Below, in pieces: positions 31,746 through 43,480 of a DNA stretch of 43,856 nucleotides; position 1 is the first letter of the stretch, and the number at the start of each line of letters is the position of its first letter. Under the pieces are notes generated by a model. It did no database searches, was not told where the DNA came from, and was given only the letters and a program-made list of their open reading frames with translations. A program made the position numbers and the translations under genes. The stretch is from positions 1-43,856 of the forward strand of contig JBMGUZ010000018.1 in assembly GCA_051530055.1 (NCBI GenBank). Reading direction: 5' to 3'. The DNA is from Neoechinorhynchus agilis. Taxonomy: Eukaryota > Animalia > Acanthocephala.

Positions 31746-33091
31746 ACTCGTACATCATGCAATACTCGTGCACTACCAAACTCCCCCCGATCGCCTCGTC
31801 TGACCATTGTTTTATCCTTCTCTCCCCATCATCACCTCAAAAACGTTCCTTTTGTGACCCCTACGTTGTCTGGGATTAGCGTGATCATCATACCCACGCC
31901 TTTGCTGTATGTGTCAATTCTCTTATCACGCAAAACCGCTCTACCATCTTTGGCCCCGACCCCACGATTGCAACTGGCTCAGAATCTGCGATGAAGGCCT
32001 CCTTTCCTCGCAAAACAATAAGAATCTCGAACTGCGACTCTTCATGGTTCTCGCCTTTTCTAAAAACCCTTCAAATGTAGGTCACCAAAGCTTTCCGGTC
32101 GGGTAATCCCGTTTACCCCTCCTTCCGCTTCATACTGACAAAACGCATCCGTATAGCCCGCAAATTATTTTTCTCATCTCGTCTCTCGTCCGTTCCCAAT
32201 CGAAACTAGTGGCGTGAAATAAAAAATGTCACTGGTCTTGATAGATCCACCCCCTTCGCATCTCTCCCTAAATCTGATCTCCTCTCAATCCTTAACTCCA
32301 TGAATAAAAACCTCTGTCCTCCCCAAACCTCCAATCCATTGTCCTAACCTCCCTTCTCACTTTCTGACCCGCCCATTCATACATGCCCTTCCTTAGTTTC
32401 CCATCTCGAAATCCTAGAGATCCTTAAACGCCTGCCCCGCCATTCTTCCCCTAATTCGACTATCCCAAATTGGGCCATTCGTTTCATCATCCCGGAACTC
32501 TCTAACGCACATAACGAACCTTAGCTTTCTATTGGGCACTTTCCCATCGTGTCTTAAGGAAGCCCGGTCGTCCCCTTCTTCAAAAACAATAAACGGATTT
32601 CCCCCACATCCTTTCGTCCCATCTCTATCCTCTCTCCTTTCTTTAAAATCTTAGAAAAATGCTTTAAAAACCGCCTACCTCCCGTCTTCCTCAAAAACAT
32701 CTCCCCTTCCCAATTCGCTTTCCGTCCCAATTACTCTTGTTTTGATGCCCTCCTCTGCATCTGCGATACGCTTGTGCGCAGCTTAGATTCCAGTCCAGCA
32801 TCAACCGTCCGTCTCGTGCAACTGGATATTTCCAGGGCGTTCGAGTCGGTCGATCACTCCCTTCTCCTCCAATCATGTGCTTCCTTTGGCCTCCCAACCT
32901 GGCAGCTCGCTTGGATTTCCTCTTTCCTCTCCAACCGCAAACAATATATTCAATGTGGAACTTCTTGTTCCTCTTCTCTTCCGATAATTAAAGGGGTCCT
33001 CAAAGGCGCCGTACTTTCCCCTCTCCTCTTTGACATTTTTCTAAATGACCATCCCCTCACTCCCCTACCAAATATTTTTTGTTTTGCGTAG
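31746..33091 (+). mobile_element. Degenerate CR1/L2-like LINE ORF2 (APE end and RT domains)
   Basis: PPIASSDH, FRPISILSPFFKILEK, SQFAFRPNYSC, LDISRAFESVDHSLLL, WISSFLSNRKQ, GVLKGAVLSPLLF; truncated at CFA* (the expected xADD position); several stops. Confidence 0.88.
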
Positions 33092-33597
33092 CTTGTAAAT
33101 GCGAGCATTGTTATTTGTTCAAAATTCTCGTTGATTCCCAAAATAAAGCGAAGAATCGACTGCTCATTTTCATTAAAAAGCACTGGTAAAGCGGCAAACC
33201 TCAGCACTTAATCTTTTTAAATTTGGGTGCATAAAACAAGGTTTAATTCCAAAAAGATTACGAATCCACTGTTGGTTGCCATTCCAAGCCACTGGGCAAG
33301 GGGAAAAACCTCAGTACTCCATCATTTTAAGTTTGGATAAAATGAAAAAATATCACAGTGTTTGGTACGTGTTGGTATCAGGACTTTTAAATTAAATTTT
33401 TCATAAAAACCATGATTGCAGAAAGCTCAAAAGATTAACGCGGTGGATATTTTCGCCTTTATGCAATCATTAATACAATCACCGAGTCCACATTCGTCCT
33501 TTTTTTTGAGCAAAAAACAGATACGTATTAATTTGCAATATCGTTCCTTGTTCGATTGTCTTTCCCAAGGAGACGGATAACAATTTCAAATAGAAAC

Positions 33598-35062
33598 ATG
33601 AACGCGGATTCTAGCGAGCCAAAATGCGACGAGCAAACCAACATCAGTTGAGTTCTAGAAAAAACCTCATATCGATTCCGTTATTTCAAATGAGTTTAGG
33701 AGCATCATTTTCTTCAATGAATTCAACTTGAAGTAACGAGCCAGTAAATCTCGATAGAATATTGACCGGTTTGTTGAGAACGGCACCTTCGAACACTGCG
33801 GTGTCCGCATTGTCAGTGGCCGCAAAATTAGCAAACGCCCAGCAACAGTGTTTCCGAATAACTTCCGAACAGTCCAAGGAGCAAAAATCGGCCGAAACAA
33901 ATCGAATGATTGGCGATAACAACCAAGAACTTGAATATTTAATGCAATTCATAATTCAAAATGCCGATGCCATCGCTGAGAGTCGTCCGCCGCAAATCTT
34001 TCCGAGAATAAATGATAATAATCGAGTCGGCGTCATCAGTCTCGAGATGGTAAATGAACGCCAAGATTCAGTCGCCAATCCCCAAGCTTTTCTTCCAAGA
34101 ACATCGCAGCCAACAATGCCTTGGATTTGTGCAAAATGCGGAACTTTCTTAACTCCATCGTGGCATCAATATGAAGGTTCGGTCTACTGCTTTTCGTGCG
34201 CTGACTCGGTCGCGTTTTCCGAATGGGAACCAGTCATTCGCGAACTATTTGAAAAATTCCTGGCTTCAGAATGGATTCCTCCTGTTTTCGATCCGGACCA
34301 TAGCACAAACATTGACCAAAGACCTCAAATCTCAACACCACGAAGATCGGCAAGGTCACAGGAGGAACTCGGGATTGAAGACAACAAAAATTAGTGAACC
34401 AACTCGGGAAAACATTCCATCGGTTCACAATTCGCCGGTTGAAAAATAATCTGACGTTTTTATCCATCAAACTGACCATCAAACGGAAACTAATTTGTTT
34501 CAGGCAACTGAACGAGCTACCACTTCTCTTCCACCAATAGAAATCAACAGCAGTATAAACAGAACAAAAGATAACGAAGGAAAATCTCAATGTAGAGATG
34601 GTTCGTCTGAGAGCAATTTTGTAAGACGAGAGTAATATTGTTAAATAAGTTTTTATTTGTACGTCTATATTAAATTATTTCCAAAATACGATAGTGAACG
34701 GTTTTTAGAGTGAAATCAGAATTGTAAACTTTAAGCGATCCGGGCTTTGGAGATGTGTCCTTCACAATCCCGGATATAAAATATTTTATCGAGATTTTTC
34801 GAAAGATAAAGCCTCGCCAAGCGATGCAGAGCTCCATGAGGTTAGTCGCCTAACAACTTTCAACGATCACAATAACAACAATTACAAACAAATTAAATTC
34901 CTTTTTTATAGGAATTTTGGTTACAATAAAAAGCAAAGATGATTTTCAACGTATTTTTTGGAAACCAAATCTCAGCTTTTGCTTTTTAATTGACACTTAG
35001 GCGGGCTGTGGTAATGATAAAGAAAATCTTTAGCTTGTTAGTGACATTGAAGCGGAACTTTC
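33598..35062 (+). pseudogene. Paralog of the 13069-14593 host-like gene; keeps ATG (33598) and the full CxxC..CxxC, donor mutated
   Basis: ATGAACGCGGATTCTAGC start; AG|TTGAGT where copy 1 has AG|GTGAGT; WICAKC..VYCFSC; frameshift near 34385. Confidence 0.5.
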
Positions 35063-35199
35063 TTATCGACTCCTTAAGGATTACATTCGGGTGGTAGAAG
35101 GAATCGACCACAACTCGACCCTGCGGCACCCGTCTTTCACGATGTCGCGATCTTCAGTTTGAACATAAGGCGGGTTAAACATATGTCGAATCGTGTGGT

Positions 35200-37048
35200 T
35201 GTTAGACCCAGCGAATGTATAGCGCCCAGCAGATTTGCTGAACAAAGAATCAGACGAATCTTAAGTCTTATCATCCCAGGTAATCGTGATAGCCACAATC
35301 AACTCACAAAAAGGAGGATGATCGCCTACTGGCAAGGATTTATGAACTTGTTGCGGAATCTAGGCAGCTAAATTTTCTTTAACAGGAAAACCAACTTATT
35401 TTAGACTCTTTTAAACCTTTTGTAATGCCAACAAATGTAAAAGTGGCCAGCGAACGATTAGTGATTGTAATGCCGACACTAAGTTCATCGATAAGCGACG
35501 TATTGAAATTAAAAAAAGAAGCTCCTTCGAAGGGAAGATCAATTGAAAGGATTTAAATAGACTTGTCGAATACATGGAAGAGTGGTCGAAAATCCATCAC
35601 AGAAGGTAATCGTAAGCCGTCTTTGAAAGGAAAGAGATCCCCGGCGCATTTGGTTGGGCGTTAATTCCTGTGTTTTTCGATAAAGTTGGATATTCTAACA
35701 TCAAGACTCTATTTGTCCTCTAAATCTATAGAATGCTTTAATCGATGTCTTATTAATGATTTTGATTTAATCGCATCCTTATCTTTGCAGCAGTTCGATC
35801 TTTTAGTGAAGAATTCAACCTCGAACACATGACGGTCTCTAAGTCTGCTCATTTTGGATAAAATCCAACGGCAAATGGGAATCTTCGTAAGGGCGACCAC
35901 TTCTCCGATGGGTTCTGGAGGGTGATTACGAACAAGAAACCGTATCTTCTTCTAATGTGGCAGCCGGCTAACGAAGCCGTGGAATAAATTTCTTATCAAG
36001 TTCTGTGAATTTCTATTAAAACCTTTCCCTTTTATTAGAATGTCGCATGTTCATTACAATAAAATTCGGTAGCACGTTCATTCGAAAGCAACGCTTGAGG
36101 ACGATTTCAGCATCTCCTGATTCTCAGTGTATTTGATCATTTCGAAGAAAATCGGCTTGCTCAATTGAATTTTGATCAGTCGGTGGATTGTCCACTGATT
36201 TCTCAACCGCTTGTTATCTTTTTCGAATTTATCCAAATTAAGCAACTGAAAACAAATGCGGCTACAAAATACTAATTAAATAGCCCGTGAGATTTTTAGG
36301 TTTAAAGGAAATTTCAGTTCAATTCTTCCTTTGGGAGCATCGAGTCCAGTTAGACAAAATGCGAACATCGAATAAATAAAATGACTTTATATTTGAATTC
36401 CCGTCACTTAAACGCAATGGGTTTTTAGCGTTTCAATTTTTAGGCCGTGAATCGATATTTCTGATTGAAAAATAACGATTTTTTGTATATTGCCACCTTA
36501 AAGTTTGTAAATTTTCATTCGAAGAAGCTTAAAACTGTCCGTCGGTACAATAATAAACATTTTCTATTCAGCACTTTAGAAAACCCAATAAAATCGCTTT
36601 AAACCTAAGACTTTGAGCAAACAAACAAAATGACTACTTTTCCCGAATTGATTTATCGATAAAGTCGACTAAAAATTTTAAATGTGCGCCGAATAATAAA
36701 ACGGACCCGAATTCTGTCGTTTTTTCGTAACTTCCAAAACGCCGTCCGCTTTCTAAAGCGCTGCACCCGCGTTCCTCGCGTCGTTCTGTTTTGTTCTCCG
36801 GTGAATCGAGCGACTTTGGCGATGGTGGAAAATTGTTTACGTTCGTACCGAGGACGAATGGAAGCGTCTCAATGCAAGTGAGTAATATTTTGAAATTGTG
36901 GGAAATCTCTGTTTTTTCTTTGCCTGTTCCACTGCTCAGGATCTATTTTTCCCCCGAGGTTGGCGTGTCCTCCCAGCTTTCGCGCTAGAAAGAATGGATT
37001 TCCCATCCTGCCGCACACAGCCTTCTCGGTCAACATTTAAAACTTTTT
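35200..37048. repeat. Segmental duplication, copy 2 (paralog of 19524-21392)
   Basis: Direct match apart from small indels (~9-bp duplication near 35250, ~35-bp deletion near 35853). Confidence 0.96.
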
Positions 37049-37049
37049 G

Positions 37050-37345
37050 ATCCGAGACACTTCCATAGTTATAATTTAAATCACTAACATATACAGTAGT
37101 CCTGAGCCATCGGAACCAGCTGGACTGCAAGTGATCTTTCCGAGATCCCTCAATAATCTTAAATGAAGGATAACCTTTGTTTAGGCTCCATACAAAAATT
37201 GAGTTACCCCTAAACTCCCTCAATTTGTAATAATAGCGAACAGATGAATTTGCTTTAGTTAAGACAGTCTCAAAATATAATTGATCTTTGATGTAGTATG
37301 ACAAGAAAAAGTTAACCCCTATAAAAAAGTTATGATGCGACAACC
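37050..37345 (-). pseudogene. EVE: rhabdovirus-like L protein C-terminal domain fragment
   Basis: FIGVNFFLSYYIKDQLY..VRYYY..FVWSLNKG..SSWFRWL resembles VSV L as recalled (ITGISFWLSLMEKDIPLY..IRW..KWSTRG..GNWIRSL). Confidence 0.6.
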
Positions 37346-37399
37346 AACCCCTTGGATGATCCCAGCCTTAACGTCAATGTGGCGACTAAACTCTTTGAA

Positions 37400-38385
37400 T
37401 ACCTTACTCAAGTCTCACCCGTGAGCCCACTCGTTCTTCTGAACTTGACCTCGCGACCTATGGCCTGTGCAACTAATTTAGCCGGCTGAGGGCTTGCTTG
37501 ACCCATTGAAGTGGCGGGCACCCAACGCCGCTCAAGTTTGTCAGGTTCCGGCACATTCACCCCGGAGAAGCGAAGATGTGCCGATGAGTACTGTGGCACC
37601 GCAAAGGCCACCATTGCAGACAGGTGCCATGGGAGATAAGCGTTCCAGTTTCCGCAATCCTGCGCCTGATTCGCCACTGTTCGCAGCGATCGGAGCAGGT
37701 GGCAACGCGTTCTCCTAACCAGCCCGCCTGCAAAGCTCAGAAGCCACCCTCGGAACCACATTTCCTTGAGAACAGTTGTAGTCTCTAAGCAGGGGAGGAT
37801 TGACGAATCTCTCACCCATTCCCAGAGTTATGTGCAGATAGCCACTGCACTGGGTGGCCTCAGCATACGCAGATGAAACAAGGATGTGGCGGAGCACTGC
37901 TTCTCGGAATAGTTCGGATGAATCAGACGCTGGAGAGCTTTCCCCCAGTTCAATGCCTTCCATCAACGGCCCCAACCCCAAGCGGAGTCTTCCTCGATGC
38001 TTTGCACATCCAGGGCCAGCCCGTTTATAGGGGTCACCGCGTGTCTTTGCGAGAGGCATGCCAGCTTGTGATCGGACGCCCTGCTTTTTTTGCTTCGAGC
38101 GTTTCATACACTGAGTGAGGTGCGCTCGGGCAGAGAGAACCGTATCTGCTGGCTGAACTCCACATTCTCCGCACATATACGAGACGCTCTCGACGAGATG
38201 AGTAGTGCGCAGATGTTCCTCTAGCACGTCCCACTGACCCAACCCGGAGATATTTTGTAGATCTCGCAATGAGCGGGGGCGGAGTTCCCAGAGTAGAGCA
38301 CGACAACGCTACTGGGGCCGGGCTGAGGCGTTCCAGTTTCCCGATTCCTGCGCTTGGTTCGCCACCGCACGCAGCGACCTTAGCC
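37400..38385 (-). mobile_element. R2/NeSL/Utopia-like retrotransposon N-terminal fragments (zinc fingers, Myb-like)
   Basis: VVVLYSG..AHCEI.. / LEEHLRTTHLVESVSYMCGECG..ARAHLTQC; ERRWVPATSMGQASPQPAKLVAQAIGREVKFRR homologous to 21382-21762; an internal ~55-bp repeat at ~38325-38380 and ~37640-37700. Confidence 0.6.
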
Positions 38386-38389
38386 CATG

Positions 38390-39236
38390 GATGCCCCATA
38401 CAATTCGTAGTAATCAGTAGCTGAAAACAAAGGTTGTAGGGCAGCGTTGATCTCATAGTGGTTAAGAGTTTCTAAGGTCGGTGAACATCGCGAAGCTACT
38501 CTCCCGAAGAAATCACAAAATGATTCTAGAAAGATGTTCTGATCATTTTGGGGCGAGTCGAATGCTACGGACGAAATCTCAAAACCTCCCCTCTTTAACT
38601 CTGGATTTTGTACGAAACTACATATGTCATAGATTTTCTTAGGATGTCTAGATATGATTGCTAAGGTAGATTCAATCAGAGTTCTTTGATCAGTAGGAGC
38701 GAATGGACAAAGTCCAAGAATACTCCAGTTTTTAGGATCTCCGGAAGATAGTGGCATCTCAGCCTTTGAAATCGCAGACCCGGCGATAGAAGTCTCACAT
38801 GTTTCGGAAATCGCCTTCTCAACAGCGACAAGTTCTGTTCCAGACGCACACACATTTACACAATCAGAGAAACGAACTTTCGGTTGTCGAGTCAACATAC
38901 GTTCTGTTCTTATCAAAAGCGTCAATGATTTTTTCAATCTCCGTATAATTTGAATCGGTTTCCGTGCCCGATTTCGCATAATACTTCATCCACTCAGATC
39001 ATCTCTTCTGCTCTGTTCCGGCAATGTCGATTCTTGGCGTTTTTCGTTTCCACTGCTGAAACCAATTGAAATGAAAGCTATGAAGCAGCCAAAGTAGTAG
39101 AGAAACTGGCCAAAGAGAAACAGAATATTTTAAGTCTAAAGATCCACATAACCTGATCTGGACACCAAGTTCGAGTCCCCGATAGGGATGAAGTCCGCTC
39201 TCCAAACCAAAACCTCGTCTTCACTAACATGCTGAT
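38390..39236 (-). pseudogene. Virus-like ORF family copy 3 (5' part only), truncated by the R2-like fragment
   Basis: RQPKVRFSDC..SIAGSAIS..LSSGDP.NW..QNPEL..CSPTLETLNHYE aligns with 29217..29885; the upstream block QHVSE..FIPIGDS is shared with 30190-30110. Confidence 0.8.
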
Positions 39237-39271
39237 TTGATTCATTCTATGTTGCTTGGAGTTGTTGGTTG

Positions 39272-40400
39272 TCATAATTTTTTCCAGGATTCAGGGAATA
39301 TTACATATCTATCATTAGGGTCTGCATTCCAATATACGGTCGGATTGTTTAAGAACAAAACTCTAAGATATTGCTTCACCATAAACAATCTTTCCGTGTT
39401 TAAGTCCCCTGTTAATGGTCCGAATGTCCCAGATACCCGATCCATAACCCTCAAAAAGGAGGGGTTATTAACCACGTTGCTAAGTCCGCTAGATTCGTCT
39501 ATACATTTGATTGTTTCAAATAAGCAACCCTTCAGGAACATTAGTCTCATTCGTTTTACTTGGAAAAATCTCATGAGGATGACATTAAGCAATACTCCTC
39601 TGCATAGACCCTTCAGCAGCCGCCTGGCCAGGTAATTTTCTGGGTTTACATTCAAGAATGCATTGCGAGAGAATATAATTGTTAAATCAGGAACTTCCTC
39701 TCTTGTATGATATGCTATAGCTATCATAAAACCATGGATAAAACCTATCTCAACTTCATTCACATCCTCAGGATCTAAATCGGTGATGTTATCGATCGCT
39801 CTTATTGGGGGAGAACAATTCTTGAAAGGATGCTCACTAGCATAAACTTTGAGCCCGCTATTCATCGTTAAGTCAGGGAAATCAGAATATATATATTTAG
39901 ATTCTAATTCACAATTGCATATATGGGCCTCAAACATTTCTTACAATCGATATGATGATGAAATTGATTAGGCATTCCTTGAGGGCTCCTATTTTGGCAA
40001 ACTGATATACATTCAGAAACTAAAATTAAGGCTTGGTACAAAAAGCCCCAGTTTTCTGATGAGTAAGCAGATAACGAATCAGTAGTTGTTGCTAGACGAG
40101 TTAAGTGGTTGTGGCATATCGAGCTAAATCCCCCGACACTAACATGTGGGTTATGATATCTATGAATGAAGGAACCTGATCTCTTGGGTCCACAAGTCAT
40201 TACATCGGAAATGTCAGCGTCAGTCAGACATTTAAGGTTATTGACAATTGATTGGAAAAGATTGGTGTCTGCAGATATAAACCACCCGAATGCTCTCCTC
40301 AAGGAAACTGCTTTTGTCAATAAGGGATCATCAGTCTTATTCTCCCAGGTCTTGTATAACCCTTTCTTGAAGTTATAGGACAGTTCGGCCTCTTATAAAG
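39272..40400 (-). pseudogene. EVE: rhabdovirus-like L polymerase, capping (PRNTase) and connector domains, one frameshift
   Basis: KTWE..PLLTKAVSLRRAFGWF, KRSGSFIHRY (HR motif at 40159-40164), GGF, LTRLATTTD, NWGFLYQA, HHIDCKKCLRPI, then EIGFIHGFMIAIAY and LLKGLCRG. Collinear with VSV L as recalled (KRTGSALHRF, LTRLMATTD, NFDFLFQA, HIACKSCLRPI, GRCIGFLYGDLAY, FLKGLLDG). Confidence 0.93.
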
Positions 40401-40404
40401 GTTC

Positions 40405-42185
40405 AACAAATAAACTTTTGTTACGTCATAAGACTCATCATTTTTACAATTTTAGATCGTTTTACGATAAAAATTAGTCGAAAACACACATTTTATTCGA
40501 CTTTAGTTAAATCACCGGAATCGTCCATTTGAAATTGGAATTTTATCTACAGAGTTAAGCTGCGTTCATCGGTAGTTTGAGGTCGCGTTCGGCGTGAAGA
40601 GCGAAGCAGTGGACGTCGCACTCTTCTTGCTCCTCGTTGCCCAGACCTTTTTGAAATAATTCTCTCACCATCCGTAAACTCCGCGACTTACTCCGCAGAG
40701 ACCGTGGACTTCTCATATGTCGGGGATGTGTAATCCGTACAACAAATAAACATTTCTTACGTCATAAGACTCATCATTTTTTCAATTTTGGATCGTTTTA
40801 CGACAAAAATTAGTCGAAAACACACATTTTATTCGACTTCAGTTAAATAACCGAAATCGTCCATTTGAAATTGGAATTTTATCTACAGAGTTAAGCTGCG
40901 TTCATCGGTATTTTGAGGTCGCGTTCGGCGTGAAGAGCGTCGCAGTTGACGTCGCACTTTTCTTGCTCCTCGTTGCCCAGACCTTTTTGAAATAATTCTC
41001 TCACCATCCGCACACTCCGCGACTTACTCCGCAGAGACCGTGGACTTCTCATATGTCGGGGATGTGTAATCCGTACAACAAATAAACATTTCTTACGTCA
41101 TAAGACTCATCATTTTTTCAATTTTGGATCGTTTTACCACAAAAATTGGTCGAAAACACACATTTTATTCGACTTCAGTTAAATCACCGGAATCGTCCAT
41201 TTGAAATTGGAATTTTACCTACAGAGTTAAGCTGCGTTCATCGGTAGTTATAGGTCGCGTTCGGCGTGAAGATCGTCACCGTGGACGTCGCACTCTTCTT
41301 GCTCCTCGTTGCCCAGACCATTTTGAAATAATTCTCGCACCATCCGCACACTCCGCGAGTTGCTCCGCAGAGACCGTGGACTTCTCATATGTCGGGGATG
41401 TGTAATCCGTACAACAAATAAACTTTTCTTACGTCATAAGACTCATCATTTTTTCAATTTTGGATCGTTTTACCACAAAAATTGGTCGAAAACACACATT
41501 TTATTCGACTTCAGTTAAATCACCGGAATCGTCCATTTGAAATTGGAATTTTACCTACAGAGTTAAGCTGCGTTCATCGGTAGTTATAGGTCGCGTTCGG
41601 CGTGAAGATCGTCACCGTGGACGTCGCACTCTTCTTGCTCCTCGTTGCCCAGACCATTTTGAAATAATTCTCGCACCATCCGCACACTCCGCGAGTTGCT
41701 CCGCAGAGACCGTGGACTTCTCATATGTCGGGGATGTGTAATCCGTACAACAAATAAACTTTTCTTACGTCATAAGACTCATCATTTTTTCAATTTTGGA
41801 TCGTTTTACGACAAAAATTGGTCGAAAACACAGATTTTATCCGACTTCAGTTAAATCACCGGAATCGTCCATTTGAAATTGGAATTTTATCTACAGAGTT
41901 AAGTTGCGTTCATCGGTAGTTTGAGTTCGCGTTCGGCGTGAAGAGCGTTGGAGTTGACGTTGCAATCTTCTTGCCTTCGTTGCCCAGACCTTTTTGGAAT
42001 TATTCTCTCCCTATCCGCACACCGCGACGTACACCTCGGACACCGTGGAATTCTCGTACGTCGGGGATGTGTAATCCGTACAACAAATAAACCTTTCATA
42101 CGTCATAAGGCTCATAATTTTTACAATTTTGGATCATTTTACGACAGAAACGGATCGAAAACACACATTTTATCCAAATTTGCTT
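40405..42185. repeat. 336-bp tandem satellite, ~5.3 copies
   Basis: 'gtcataag' recurs at 40425, 40761, 41097, 41433, 41769 and 42102 (spacing 336,336,336,336,333); the last unit is the most diverged. Confidence 0.97.
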
Positions 42186-42226
42186 ACATCACAACCAATA
42201 ACGTTAGCTTCTCCGCCAGCTCAGAG

Positions 42227-42520
42227 TCAAATCCAAGACAGAGGATCCGCCGAAAGAGTAGATGGGAGCTTATAAAATTCTAACTTGCCGTTTAACACAC
42301 TTTCATACGGGCTATGTTGTTGAGAGTTCATTGTTATGGCCGAGCGTAATTCAAGTTGCTGTAGTTGGAGTTTCGCCATTGTATTAGGCTCATGTTTAAT
42401 GAAAATCCGAACCACAGTTTATGGGAAACCGTTCATCGCATCAACTAATTCCGCCAGAGTCAATAAGTCGAATGCTATTTGTTCATTTCTATCTGAGAGA
42501 CCTCCGCCCACCAGCCATTA
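42227..42520 (-). pseudogene. Possible rhabdovirus nucleoprotein (N) fragment
   Basis: LVDAM..RIFIKHE and QHSPYESVLNGKLEFY resemble VSV N as recalled (..DMFFHMFKKHE and SKSPYSSVKNPAFHFW) in the correct order, but with much shorter spacing. Confidence 0.35.
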
Positions 42521-42664
42521 AGAGTTTGCGACCTGACCGCTTCTCGGAGATACCAACCCAGCCATTCTGCGATCATCCACACATTAATCGCTTTTATTAT
42601 TTTATTCTGGTGTCTTTTATTAATTTCAATAGATAAACTGAAGACATAGATGAGCATAGCAACA

Positions 42665-43480
42665 AAAACTCAAGAACTATTGCAGCTATTCAAAATCCGA
42701 AAACATATTTGGAATCAGCGCGCCAAGAAGTACTAAACGGACAATATTGTATATGGCTAGCTTACTTAACGTCGCAAATCGTATTTGTTCAATTCCTCAA
42801 AAGTCAAAATCGTGAAAGATCACCAAATTTGCAAACGTCAACAAAGGATAGAAATAATGTATCAATAATCACTTTTTTCTCCAAAAATTGAAAAACGAAT
42901 AACTCAAGAACTATTGCAGCTATTGAAAATCCGAAAACATATTTGGAATCAGCCGTGAAAGATCACCAAATTTGCAAACGTCAACAAAGGATAGAAATAA
43001 TGTATCAATAATCACTTTTTTCTCCAAAAATTGAAAAACGAATAACTCAAGAACTATTGCAGCTATTGAAAATCCGAAAACATATTTGGAATCAGCGCGT
43101 CAAGAAGTACCAAACGGACAATATTGTATATGGCTAGCTTACTTAACGTCGCAAATCGTATTTGTTCAATTCCTCAAAAGTCAAAATCGTGAAAGATCAC
43201 CAAATTTGCAAACGTCAACAAAGGATAGAAATAATGTATCAATAATCACTTTTTTCTCCAAAAATTGAAAAACGTATAACTCAAGAACCATTGCAGCTGT
43301 TGAAAATCCGAAAACATATTTGGAATCAGCGCGCCAAGAAGTACAAAACGGACAAAATTGTATATGGCTAGCATACGTAATAACGTCGCGAATTGCATTT
43401 GTTCAATTCCTCAGAAGTCATAAACGTGAAAGATCACCAAATTTGCAAACGTCAACAAAGGATGGAAACAATGTCCATCG
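42665..43480. repeat. 234-bp tandem repeat (three full-type units plus one internally deleted ~143-bp unit), same family as 4000-4700
   Basis: 'ttggaatcagc' units start at 42709, ~42943 (deleted), 43086 and 43320; near-identical ORF calls at 42709 and 43086. Confidence 0.93.

Noticed and set aside
38380-38979. L-protein methyltransferase domain (YPK..QNP.L and LETL resemble VSV L)
   Set aside because: No GDGSGG or K-D-K-E motifs, and the paralog at 29885 continues in frame into a long non-L protein; the matches are probably coincidental.
39078-39236. Continuation of the L connector (WCPDQ resembling LCPEE)
   Set aside because: The block is shared with 30110-30190, and the conserved, synonymously varying frame is QHVSE..FIPIGDS, which belongs to the virus-like ORF family.
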